Positions 12,690-47,174 of a stretch of DNA of 64,000 nucleotides are shown here, in pieces. The position numbers were made by a program, and so were the translations under genes. The DNA comes from Carcharhinus amblyrhynchos (taxonomy: Eukaryota), in the NCBI GenBank assembly GCA_965287045.1, contig OZ336903.1:186001-250000 (forward strand), read 5' to 3'. The notes under the pieces are model-generated. The model did no database searches, was not told the origin of the DNA, and worked only from the letters and a program-made list of their open reading frames with translations. Each line of letters opens with the position of its first letter. The first letter of the stretch is position 1.

Positions 12690-13030
12690 TGGGCACCACA
12701 ACAGCTCAGTGACTATCACTGTTTGCTGTGCAGATACATGGATTAGGGCCATTGTCAGTGGGAGTTTGCGCATTCTCCCTGTGGTTGCGTGGGTTTCCTC
12801 CGGGTGCTCAGGTTTCCTCCCGCACCCCAAAAATGTGCTCTTAGGCTGATTGGTGTACCAAATTGACCCTACACTATTCTCTCCTGAATCTGGTAACAAT
12901 AGGGGTACCATACGCATACACACGGGTCAAGGTAGGTGTAGGAAAATGCTTTGTTAAGATGGCGGAGCGGGCTCGTTGGGCCGAAGGGCCTGTTTCCCGT
13001 GCTGGGTTGTTCTTTGTTCTTTGTTTTTGT
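12690..13030 (+). mobile_element. V-SINE with CR1-type 3' tail; shorter family members at about 9680-9815, 22194-22272, 28572-28720 (-), 29403-29521 and 63090-63166
   Basis: V-domain core plus shared tail aagatggcggcgcgggctcgttgggccgaagggcctgtttcccgtgctg..(gttcttt)n. Confidence 0.8.
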
Positions 13031-13389
13031 TTATCTGATAGTTCAGTGATAGTTATCACTGAAGGAATCTGGGATCGAGAGCAAGGGCTGATGGTGTTTG
13101 AGACAACAGCATGTATCCTCTTTGTATTAGCTGATAAATGTGATCAACAGAATCCTGTATTTGGAAAGAGGTAAGGCAATCTAAAAATAAATATATTCTA
13201 CCCTAAACTGAATGACGTAAACTTTGTTCGCATACATACATTCATATTTTTGTTCAAACCATGATGCCATGTCAAAGTCCCTGAGGTGATCCCAGAGTGC
13301 ATCATTAAAGGCTTTGGGGAAATGCAACCTCAGATTTAAAGACAGAGCCGCTTGCAGCCGCACAAAGGGACTCATCGCTTCAAACTGAA

Positions 13390-13456
13390 ATGCATCTACC
13401 AGTAGCTAAAGCTGAGAAAATATTCTATCCAACCATTGCTGTTATTGGTGTTCCTG
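13390..13456 (+). CDS. GPCR-B exon 1
   Basis: ATG CAT CTA...GGT GTT CCT G|GTAAGT; FYPTIAVIGVP is homologous to YYPFLAIIGVP of A and C. Confidence 0.82.
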
Positions 13457-16400
13457 GTAAGTGATGAGAACCGTTGACGTTGGGTAAATCTGTGTGCGCG
13501 TGGCTCTCTGATTTTAAGCTCTGACTGATAAATTCCTATACAGATCTCATGATTACTATTTTTCAAACGTCAGCATGGCGATGATATTTGTTAAAATCAA
13601 ACGACTTACAATATCTCAATGGTTTTAATCCTTTTCATCAACCAACAAACAAATTCACGGAACTCACAGGTTCTGTGATCAATGAGTTTGTTGAATTCCG
13701 TGGAATATTTTGTATTGTTAGATTGGACCTCAGTGACAGCAATCTCTCAGAAATAACATTCAGTGGCAGTAAGAATAAGATCAAACTTCTGATGCCATTG
13801 AACAAACATTGCTGATGTTTTTCTCAGTGTAGAATCGTATTGAAGTGTTTTTTTTTCAATCCAGAGTGTAACCTGTCATCTAAGTATCCCTCTTTTTTTT
13901 TGCATTATCTGTCCATGTCGGTTTGCAGTTTGTCTGAGGAATGGACTGGAATAAAATGAGTTGGTTGAATTTATTTATTTATGTTTAAATTGTTGAGTGA
14001 GATTTCCATTCAATTGAGTTGTCTTCGTCTTTCACCTTTGGAATCGCTTGAAAACAGGAAAAGTTTGGTTTTGTTTTAATGATGTTTTGAGGTCTTTGTA
14101 TAATATGAAATTTCTCGATTAGTCTTTTATTTATTGAAACGAACCATACGTGAGCTTGTTCCCGACATTTAAACAACCTAACAACAAAAGTCCACATTTT
14201 GTGACTTTGCAATTCAAAAACCTGTTCTCGTTTCTATTAGTCAAGAAGTAAACTCCAATGATTTTTTTTTCCAAATTGTTATAATTCTGTTTAAACCCTC
14301 TTGTTGCTTCAAATAATTTGTGAATCAGATCAGCTGAACACGTGAACTCCTTGAAAGCATTCAGGAATTTGATATCGAGTGATTGGGGCATATGTTGTTC
14401 TGATGAAAATGCAGTACCTGCCACAGAACTTTCGAGAAATTAATTTCCAACTCAAATATCCAATTAGCATGCTTCTAATATATATTTTTTAACGTGTTCA
14501 TGCATTTAGCTGTGTTCTCCCATTATGGTTATTTTCATTCCCACTTTGGATTTGCTGATGCATTTTGCTTCCTGTTTCCTTATCGTTGATGTCAATGGTG
14601 ATGGAGAGAGAGATATCCCATTGCTGACCATTGTGGAAAGTCTCTTCCCACCTTCCAGGAATCAGAGTAAATCCCTTAAATCCTCGCCCCTGTGTTCAGG
14701 CTTTGTAGCCATTGGCCCATTCTGCTGCTTGTCCTATAACTCCACTTGCTATGAATTTACACATCAGTCTTTCAGGTCTTTAATTACTGAAGGCATTTAG
14801 AAATTCAAAGTGTCTGGCATCGATCATATTGATCTCATTCCTGATAATTGATAAAGTAATTCAATGAGATCTGTCAAGGAAGATCTTATTTTCGGAAGAA
14901 TTGCTGGCTGCTCTTTGGCACAGTCCGTGTTACATTTTTTATAACTCGTATTTTTTTTACCTTTACTTACTTTCATAGTCTTGACTTTCTGACTGGAAGA
15001 TTGATCTTTAGTTTTTTTTATTTCTTGACCGTTTGTTTCTTTCCATCACTTGGTTAACCCCTGATGATCAGATGATTAACAAGACATACATGATAGTAAT
15101 CTTTATTAGCTGAGGCATATAAGATAGGAGCGGGGTAGTTATGAGGGAACTTTAAAAAATGGTTATTTGCCCTCAGCTAGAGCAATGTGAGGATGTCCTT
15201 AATAGAAGGAGTATATGATTGCCCTGGAAGTGATGCAAAAGATACTCACGAAGATGTGGCCTAGTTTAAGTGTTTCTGCAATGAAGGGAGGCTTCTTGGG
15301 CTTGAGTTGCTTTGCTGAGAACAGTGAACGCTGAGCGTGGACATATAAAATTATATGGGACATCGGGAAAAGGATCAGAGAAAATTACAGCGAAAATTAC
15401 AAACTCTTCGCCCCTCCAAGCCTGCGCCAAAAAATGCTGCTTGTGTGCAAGGAAGCCTCTGCACCTCTGGAGGTCAGATAGATTTAATCCTACCTTATTC
15501 ATGTCTAGAACGATACGTCTTTTAAAAGACACTGTAGTATATGTTTCCACTACCTCCTCCAGCAGCGAGTTCCAGGCGCCTCCCACCCTCTATACAAATA
15601 AGGATGCCTCGTGCATCTTGTTTCGACCTTGTCTCTCGCATTTTAAACATATCCCCCGAGTAACTGACTCTTCAACTCTGAGACAATTCTTACGGGTCAA
15701 GCTAAGGAGAAATGTTTTCCATGGAGCAGAGCCGTAAATATCCAGCCTGAATAGATATAAGGTGAGGAAAATGTGATTTAGAGGGGATTTGAAGAAAAAG
15801 AAAATGCCCCGGGGTCCTATCTCTCTCTCTTCTCTCTCTCTCTCTCTCTCGCTCTCTCTTCTCAAAGACAAATGAGATATTCCTTTAAAATATTATAAGA
15901 AGCAACATGGAAACAAATTGATGGAAGAGAGAGAGAGATAGATCTGGAGTGACAGAGACATTGACATTGAACTTCTCTCCTAACCCTTTCTATCCAGAAA
16001 TTCTCCAATCCACAGCACCCTCTCTGCAAACATAAACAAGGACAGTGAGATTTAGAAAACAACTATATCACGGCCAGGGACTTCGAATTTCATCATTGTC
16101 CCCTCCCTCCCGTGAGCTTTAAGTTCACTGGTTTGGTCTGATTTTCAAATTGTAACATGTTGTAGTTCCCGAGAAGGCTGTTGGACATTTTATGCACAGC
16201 AATCTCCCATGGACAGCAGAGTTATCATGATGTGGAGATGCCGGCGTTGGACTGGGGTAAACACAGTAAGCATTCTGACAACATCAGGTTTAAGTCCAAC
16301 CGATTTATTTGATAGTAAACTCACAAGTCTTAAACGCACAGGACATAAAGCTGGTGTTGTCAGACTTCTTACAGCAAAGTTATCCCCAGCCCACCCCAGT

Positions 16401-19400
16401 AAAGATGGGTCAAACTTCAAATGTGTGGAAGTTCTTCATTCCATCAGGAGGCATTTTAAAACAGACCATCTCAGGATTGGAGGTTTTGGACGTCACACTT
16501 CCTGGAATGATATGAGAAGGGCCTGATTAGTGACTGTACACAGGATCCCCCAGCATCTAATCCGAAATCGTTTGTACCCTATCACATTTCAACACTCGTT
16601 TGCTGCCTCTGTCACTATTGGTTATGATCCTCCCTTTTCTTTCTCACTTCCACAGTGTACAACACTAGCCCCTCACCTCAGCAGCCTCTCCCCAATTTAT
16701 CACTTTCTCGCTCTCACAAACCAGAAAATGAAGATAGAGAGAGACAGAGAGAAGGACAGTCATAGAGACAGACAGTGAGGCATTCAATAAGACAGGTAGA
16801 GGGAGATAGAGAGACAGGCAGCGAGCGAGCACACCGACTATCACCACCACAGCAAACTGAATTCAAATATCCCCCATCACGTTTCATTTCACCACCGCAT
16901 TTATTTCACTGCCTCAGGCACAAGTTTTGTTCCACACTTTTCCCTGCTTCAAGTTAAGTGACTATGATTCTCGGCCAGAAGGTATTAGCTGCAGTTGATA
17001 AGGTTGATTTTTAATGTGACCTCACTATCGTTAATGCAGAGAATTCTGCAGATAAATTGTGCAGAGGAAGATCCAAATCACAGTGACAAAACCAACATAC
17101 AGCTCAGNNNNNNNNNNNNNNNNNNNNNNNNNNNNNNNNNNNNNNNNNNNNNNNNNNNNNNNNNNNNNNNNNNNNNNNNNNNNNNNNNNNNNNNNNNNNN
17201 NNNNNNNNNNNNNNNNNNNNNNNNNNNNNNNNNNNNNNNNNNNNNNNNNNNNNNNNNNNNNNTAATGTACAAACGACGCTGGAATATTGGTTGCACTGTA
17301 TAATTCCACAAGTAACAATGTGACATTGTCTGAATCTCCCTTCAGTCCGGGCAGGAAGTGTGAACTAACATTCTCAGTCCCATCTTTCTATTTTAAGACT
17401 TGAAAGACATTGCCCCAAATCTGGAGACTTCCCTTCATTCCAATCAAAAGCTGAAACTGCCTCTTAAAACTGAGAGAATCTTTCAAAACAAATTCGACAG
17501 CAAAACCCACATGGCACCATTAACAGTGTGGCGTGTCTTTTAACTTTGGAGAATGCTCTATCCTCCATCCAGCTTCCTGAGACAAACCGAATTACAGCCC
17601 GGTGGCTTTGTTCAGTATGATACCAGAAGGATCTGCCTCACCCCTCGGGTTTCCTCATTCTACCTCAAGATCTTGCTTTCTCCAGTTCTTACCGCACAAG
17701 GCAGAAGGATTTAAATGGAAAGAGAGAAGAAAATCTACTGAATTTGTATTAAAATGTCCGCCCCGTCTCCCCTGCCCAATCCCTCTTTGACTCCAGAAAT
17801 TGCCCACCTCCACCTTTCAGTTTTAGAAGGGGCTGCTGATTCCTTTAGGATTCCTTTTAAAATCACCCTCCCAGGAGGTTTCTCCTCATGTCAGACACTC
17901 TGAGGTAATTTCAATGTAGATGAAGCCAGTTAATGCACATTGGAGACCATCACATCTTGTGTATCTTTCGGTCCCTCACGACTTCAGCTTTGACCCTCCA
18001 GCCCCCTCAGCTTCCCTCTGCCCCTTCCCTTCTCACTATTTTTGAGTGATTTTCCTATTTAGGTAGATGTCCCTCTGCATCCCAATTTCTCCACCTATCT
18101 TTCCCAATCGTACACACTGTCATTGTATCAGTTTCTGTCTCTCTCACACAAGTATGTGCTCCGCGTTGAAATAAACAATGGAATAACTTGTTCACCCAGT
18201 GTGTGATAATCACAAATTGCTTTGTTTTTTTTGTGGAAATATTTCACTGATTAAAGGATTAAAACACTCAAAGAAGTTCGAGAGAGAGGGAAAAAAGGAG
18301 TGAGGTAGACAGATGTGGGGAGAGAGTGTATGGATATGAGATTGAGAGGACTATTGAATGAAGCTGAATGAGAGAGAAACCTGGAGATAGGGAATAAAGT
18401 TGGAAAGAAAGAAGGGTCAAGAAAGTGATAGATAAGGGAAAAAAGAGAAAGAAATAGAGACAGAGAAGAATGGAATGAGCGACAAACAGAGAAAGAATCA
18501 GGAGAAAAAAAAACAAATAGAAAAGCTGATGGGAGAGGCTAAATGGGGAATTAATTTGGCAAAGTTAAGATAAGGAGAAATCCTTATAGTGAGATCCAAG
18601 ACAATCAGCTCTACAGGCAGGGGGAGATATAAATCCGGGGTGGGCTCTGGTAATTCGTTGTAGGGAGGGATGGTTATTTTCTATTGCAAATCTCTGGCAT
18701 ATTTCTTTCCACTTTGGGCCGAATTGGGAAATGCATTAGCTTTTAATCAATCCTGTGAAGAAATGTTTTCAGAAATGCAATATTTCAGAAACATTTGCCT
18801 CATCAGAATTTGCAGAATGCCTCATTCAGAGTGAGACCTGTAATTCACAGTGTTATGTCCACCAACCCCTGCTGAACCAACATTGTTACATTCACTACTT
18901 TCCAGTTTGCAATGTTAATCTCTAACATAATTCCTCTAACAACACCAGCTCCCCAAAAACTTATCTGTCCATAGGGTTGATGCTGAAATCAGACAAGGAA
19001 AATGCTTATGCATAATTTTCCTGGTGCTTATCTCTTTTTCTCTGACAGTTAATATACTGGGAATTGTGATACTGAGTCGGGGAAAGTGTGGCCTCTCCAC
19101 CTGCACCACTCGCTACCTGATGGCCATGGCAGCGGCGGATCTACTTTTCATCATCATCAACCTCATTCTCAACTACATTAATAAACATTACATGCCATGG
19201 AATTTCCTGCACTTCACCTCTGCATGTTGTGTTAAACTTGTCTTAGGATCTGCAGCCAGAGACTGTTCTGTCTGGTTTACCGTCACTTTCTCTTTGGATC
19301 GAATTGTGGCCATTCGTTGCCAGGAACTGAAAACTAAATATTGCACCAGGAAAACTGCAACTGTTATTCTGGCAACAACCAGCATCTTGCTTTTTGTAAA

Positions 19401-19950
19401 AAATATCCCTTGGTACTTTACAATGGAACCCAGGTGGATAATTGGCAACGTGCAGTGGGACTGTCAGAAAAAGACAAGCTATTTCATTGATCGTGGTTGG
19501 GTTGTATTTCACTGGTTTGATCAGGTTTTAACCCCATTGCTCCCATTTGGTTTAATCCTGTTGATTAACGCTCTGACAGTCCAGCACATTTTAGTGACCA
19601 GCAAAGTCCGGAAGACACTGAAGGCTCAGGGTCACGGAAAGAATCACAGAGATCCCGAGATGGAGAGCAGAAGGAAGTCAATGATTTTACTCTTCAGCAT
19701 ATCCGGGGCTTTCATTCTCCTCTGGTCGGTCTACGTTGTATTTTTTTTCTACTCGAGAGTGAAAAGAAAAATTGACATCACTTCTCCTGATTACACATTT
19801 CAACAAGTCGGGTTTATGCTGCAGGATTTAAATTGCTGCACAAATACATTTATTTACACAGCAACTCAATCCAAATTCAGGGAGCAGGTTAGAATCATCG
19901 TGAAATATCCAGTTACATCAATTAAAAAATTACTGAAGAAACAAAACTGA
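13390..19950 (+). CDS. GPCR-B: two-exon class A GPCR, GPR139/GPR142-related, 322 aa; join(13390..13456, 19049..19950)
   Basis: Exon 1 reads MHLPVAKAEKIFYPTIAVIGVP then G|GTAAGT (67 nt, too short for the ORF track). Exon 2 follows tctctgacAG (902 nt). Total 969 nt, in frame, with the same intron position as A and C. The intron contains an assembly gap. Confidence 0.85.
16225..16373. mobile_element. Penelope-like repeat, internally deleted copy of the 36053-36367 element
   Basis: tcatgatgtggagatgccggcgttggactggggtaaacacagtaag...; short inverted arms remain. Confidence 0.7.
17108..17262. other. Assembly gap (N run)
   Basis: Run of Ns. Confidence 1.
19049..19950 (+). CDS. GPCR-B exon 2
   Basis: ORF 19024..19950 with ILSRGKCGLS, AAADL, DCSVWFTV, DRI, DPEMESRRKS, NTFIY and KFREQ shared with A and C. 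Confidence 0.93.
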
Positions 19951-20440
19951 GTGACAAGCAATCAGAGACCAGGATCGATAACTAACAGTCTTTGCGAATC
20001 AGAAGGGGTTTCATAACTGACAAATCATCAATGTTGCACATTGACTGACAACACAGTCCGCCAATCAATAGCCTCTGCAATTAAACTGACAGCAGGTCCG
20101 CCAATCAGCAACTGGGGATTCTGACTGACAGCCGTGCCCAGCAGTCAGGACACCAACCGGCCAGTCATGTAATATTGACCAGCCAGTCAGTCCCTGCCTT
20201 TTCTTCAATCATAGGGCTCAGCTCACGGACCAGCTGAAGCTTCGGCCAATCAGGCAGCTGGTGACTCTGACTGGCAGCGCCGGAGCCAGTCACATACTCG
20301 GCTTTCAGACCAATTGCTGCCTGAGCGAATCACGGAGCAGTGCCAGTTGTGAAACAGCCAGCTCAACCAATCGGGAAGTTCCAGTCACTGAAGGACAACC
20401 TGCCCAGCCAATCAGGGAGCAGAAATGTTACATCAGAACA
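19948..20440 (+). repeat. Degenerate ~40-bp repeat array of TGACTGACAG...CCAATCA units
   Basis: CCAATC at 20061, 20101, about 20246, about 20367 and 20409; TGACTGACA at 20042 and 20122. Confidence 0.65.
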
Positions 20441-20589
20441 NNNNNNNNNNNNNNNNNNNNNNNNNNNNNNNNNNNNNNNNNNNNNNNNNNNNNNNNNNNN
20501 NNNNNNNNNNNNNNNNNNNNNNNNNNNNNNNNNNNNNNNNNNNNNNNNNNNNNNNNNNNNNNNNNNNNNNNNNNNNNNNNNNNNNNNNN
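20441..20589. other. Assembly gap (N run)
   Basis: Run of Ns. Confidence 1.
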
Positions 20590-21064
20590 AAGCTACATTG
20601 CACTTTTCAAACTGTCTCTCAGTTTTTCTCTCCGTACAGAGATGTTTGAGAACGAATGTTTTGCATTTATCTGAACTGCTCTCTCAATCTCTCTGTGGAG
20701 ATTTTTGGTAAAGTGACATTGCTTTTATGTGAACTGCACCCTCTTCCCCCCACCCCGACTCTCTCTCTCCGTCTCTCTCTCTCTCCCCCCCTCTCTCTCT
20801 CTCTCTCTGCAGAGGTGCTTGGCAAGGCACATTGCATTTCTCTTATCTACACTGTCATCCCTCTCTTACCTGCAGAAATGCTTAATAAACGAATATTTTT
20901 TTTATGTTATTTGCATTCTCATTCTCCCTGTACAGAGAAACTGCGTAAAAATGCATTCCATCAAAACTCTCACTCTCCTTCACTGACTGGTCATGTAGAA
21001 ATAGTTTTTTTGAAGGAACATCGCAATCATAAAATCACAGAAACACAAAATACTCCAGTGCAGA

Positions 21065-21392
21065 AGAACATAGAACATAGAACATTACAGCGCAGAACAG
21101 GCCCTTCGGCCCACGATGTTGCGCCGACCAGTTAAAAAGCAATAACCCTCTTACCTAAACCAATCCCTTTCCATCCATAAACCTATCCACGGATCTCTTA
21201 AACGCCCCCAAACTAGGCGCATTTACAACTGCAGCAGGCAGGGCATTCCAATCCCCCACCACCCTCTGGGTAAAGAACCTACCTCTGGCATCCTTCCTAT
21301 AACTACCTCCCCTTAATTTAAAGCTATGCTCCCTCGTGCTAGCTTTCTCCATCCGAGGAAAAAGGCTATCACTGTCCACCCTATCTAAACCT
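21065..21392 (-). mobile_element. CR1 3' end (young)
   Basis: ORF 21155..21379 GRFFTQRVVGDWNALP; (ttctatg)n tail at 21066-21084. Confidence 0.9.
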
Positions 21393-21429
21393 CATTTGCA
21401 TTCGAGTCTACATTGACGCATGACGTGAC

Positions 21430-22410
21430 GTAGCCTGCCCACTTAATCTCACTTGCCAGCACTTGGTCCATAGCCTTGAACGTTATGGCGTGTCAAGTAC
21501 TCATCCACTTACCTTTTAAAGGATGTGAGGCATCCCAATTCCACAACACTTTGCAATCCAGGGTTTTCCTGAAATCACTCCTGAGGCTCACACCACTCAC
21601 TTTCATCTCATGTTGCCTCGTAACTCATCCTTCAACAGGGCCACATTCGCTCCCTATCCAGCCTGTCCCAGTTTCTCATCATCTTGAACACCTCAGTCAA
21701 ATCAACACTCAGTCTTCGCTGCATCAGACAAAAGAACGCAAGCCTATCCAACATCTCTCTATAGCGATGTTGCCCATGTCCATCCTCGGCAACATCGTGT
21801 TGAATCTTTTCTGAATCTCTTCCAGCTCGATGACATCCTTTCGATAATGTGGCGATCAGAAAAGCACAGTCCTCCAGCTGTGCCCTCACAACATTCCTAT
21901 ATAACTCCATCATGAACTGTGTTTTTTTGTAATGCTTTCCCCAACCAAAAAAGACAAGTGGATCATACGCCTTTTTCACTACTTTATTTGCCTGTCTTTC
22001 TGCCTTCAGAGATTTATGGATAAACATACTCAGTTCCCTTTGTTCGTTGGGACTTCCCAGTATCAAGCCAATCATAGTAACGTTTCTTGTCAAATTACTT
22101 CTTTCAATGTGTATCACCTCACACGCTTCAGGGTTAAATCCTACCTGCCATTTATCCGCCCATTTGACCATCTTGTCTATGGGGGTGACTCATAATGTTA
22201 AAATGGCGGCGCGGGCTCGTTGGGACTCAGGGCCTGTTTCCCGGGCTGTGTTGTTCTTTGTTTGTTCTTTGTCTTGCCACAGCCCAAGATACTCGACTTC
22301 ATTGTTAACAACTTGGCCAATCTTTGCGTCTTCAACAAACTTACTGCTCCTTCTGTCCTCATTGTCATCTGTGTCTTTTACATAAATGACAAAAGATCGG
22401 CAGCATAACA
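21430..22410 (-). mobile_element. Decayed CR1 ORF2 fragment interrupted by a SINE tail
   Basis: KF.EDAKIG, WADKWQ..FN..CEVIH, MELYRNVVRAQLE, DLTEVFKMM. Confidence 0.85.
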
Positions 22411-22416
22411 CGGATC

Positions 22417-22459
22417 CGGGGTGGGGGGGGGGGGGTGGGGTGGGGGTGGGGGGTGGGGT
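22417..22459 (+). repeat. G-rich tract with G-quadruplex potential
   Basis: Multiple runs of at least 4 G separated by single T. Confidence 0.7.
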
Positions 22460-22519
22460 GAAATTTCATGGAGATCTGTCAATTGTCCATCATTGTGAGA
22501 TCTTTGAACCCACACCTGT

Positions 22520-23600
22520 CGCTTACTAGGCCCACTTTTTTATGCTAATGCCCTCATTGAGACAAAGAACTCCAATTTGCAGAAGGTACAACAAAATCCT
22601 TCATGCTAAATTAATTCCCAAATTGAGGGTCTGGGCAAATTGAACAACACAGACAGGGGAAGACAGGGGAATTAAGGGTTATGGGGAGAAAGCGGGAAAG
22701 TAGAACTGATCCACTTCAGATCAGCCATGAGCTTATTGAATGGCGGGGCAGGCTCGAAGCGCAAGATGGCCTACTCCTGCTCCTATTTCTTATATTCTTA
22801 TGTAACACAAGTTTGACGGCCAGAATGACCTGTCAACGGTTCTGTTAAAGAGTAGGCGTTTTCCTGTCCGCTAAACCCACTAAGATTAACTGAGGCCGGT
22901 GAGAGTTTAAACCCGTGTTGCTGTAGACATGAGGCGTCTATTGTTGATGTGGTGACCCCAGAGTCAATCATAAAGGGAATTCCTACACACTATATAGTTA
23001 AATCAACCTCCTCCTCCGGAGGCTCCTCCTCCGGATCTCTAGTCAAAACGGGCTTAATATGGGGTGAGGGTAGTCAGACCGAAAAGGGGTTGCGAGTGGA
23101 AAAGGGTTCCTTACTGCCTTGGGGGTCTCCCCTGAGGCTGGTTTTGAGGGCAGTCCCGTTTTCAATGGTCTCGACTGCCGCAACTAAAACATCCTTGCGC
23201 AGGACGGGGTGGTCCGCCGCGTGACAAGGGAGCGCTTGGTCCATGGGACGGGTGCTTCCGGTGGTCCGTGCTGGGGGCAGTGGGACCATTCGGGTGAGTC
23301 AAATGCCTGTTGTTATAAACCATCCAGGAACACAATATTGGGGTTCTATTTGATATGTCCTTGCTAGTTCAGGGCCGGAAACTGGAGGGGTTGGGTTTCT
23401 GGCCCTGGGTTGGCGCGGGGGTCGCTGTACCAGTTCATATTTAACCCTGGTCGGTTTGGGCTCGTTAGCAGTGTTCCTGTAATACGTTAAGACCCTTCTC
23501 TTCCGGTGGTGATTATTATCTGGCCAATCCATGTTATTAGTACGGGTGGCAGTTCCCACAGCCTCAGGGTGAATGACAAGTGTTCAGATAATGAATATTT
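22520..23600 (-). mobile_element. Endogenous retrovirus relic: gag 3' end, TGA, then aspartic protease (epsilon/gamma-like), split by a CR1 tail
   Basis: Continuing in frame past the stop of ORF 23074..23289: LPSPHIKPVLTRDPEEEPPEEEVDLTI*CVGIPFMIDSGVTTSTI...VNLSGFSGQ..YSLTEPL. After the CR1 insertion: GINLA*RILLYLLQIGVLCLNEGI. Confidence 0.8.
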
Positions 23601-23950
23601 CTGTTTTAATGGCCGTAACGACCGAAGGATGGTTAAAATTGCCGGACGATGATGCAGGGGCTTATCCGGAGTAAATGAAAACTAACGGATTACTGGACAC
23701 AAATATTGTGGAATTAAAACGAAGAGGAGACATGGGAATCTGACCAGCATCTTCATACCTCCTGCTACTCAATGGCCTCTAGTGTTTCGTGTAGTGCTGG
23801 GATGCAATCGGGTTGTATTTATTTGCTGGTGAAAAGCAGTGGACCCTCTCCACCAACCACCACCCACCCCTCACACTCCGCCTCCATGGCGATTTGGAAT
23901 GAAACGAATGAAGAAAACGGAAACAAGCCATGTCGTCATCCGCCCTAATC

Positions 23951-23956
23951 TTTATT
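23951..23956 (-). terminator. Candidate polyadenylation signal AATAAA of the SRCR gene
   Basis: tttatt on the + strand, about 355 nt past the predicted stop. Confidence 0.45.
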
Positions 23957-24310
23957 TAATGACATAAGAAAGGAAGCTTTTACAAAATAAAGTTCAAATC
24001 CGTTTGACAAAAAAATACGCATCAAAACTTGACTGAGAATAACGGTTCCGTTCCACAATGCAATGCAATGTTACAGCTTTAATATGGACAGTGCAATACT
24101 CGATACACATTCCATGTTGTTTTCATTATTAATTGAACAAAACGTTGACTCTTTCATATAAAACAAGGAAAGAAATAATAATTCACAAATTACACAACAT
24201 GAAATAATAACATATTGATACAAAAACAACTGCGTATTTATGTGAGATGAAAGCATATTCGACATGGCGATATTTGTGGAAAACTTAATGGGCGTCCCCA
24301 TTGATTTCAG

Positions 24311-46901
<22,591 letters not shown>

Positions 46902-47161
46902 CGTCCCGACTGTCGGTTACTGCGATCAGACTTGACTATTCACCGAGTTTTGTACACCGGTACCGCGCTGTCCTTCCAACACTTTCTAAAACACCGAACG
47001 CTGCAGGAATGAATTCTTTGTTCAGAAAATAATATTTCCTCCCATCTGGTTACTTAATGCTCCCAAGTGTGAAATATAAATTGCCGTTTGATAAAAGATA
47101 CCAATGACAGTTCTATCCACCTCCTTCCCCTGTGAGGCTAATGGGGCCTACATTTTTGATA

Positions 47162-47174
47162 AGGAAGTGAGTCA
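47162..47174. promoter_or_regulatory. Composite ETS/AP-1 site AGGAAGTGAGTCA
   Basis: Overlapping GGAAGT and TGAGTCA about 260 bp upstream of the SRCR gene ATG. Confidence 0.4.
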
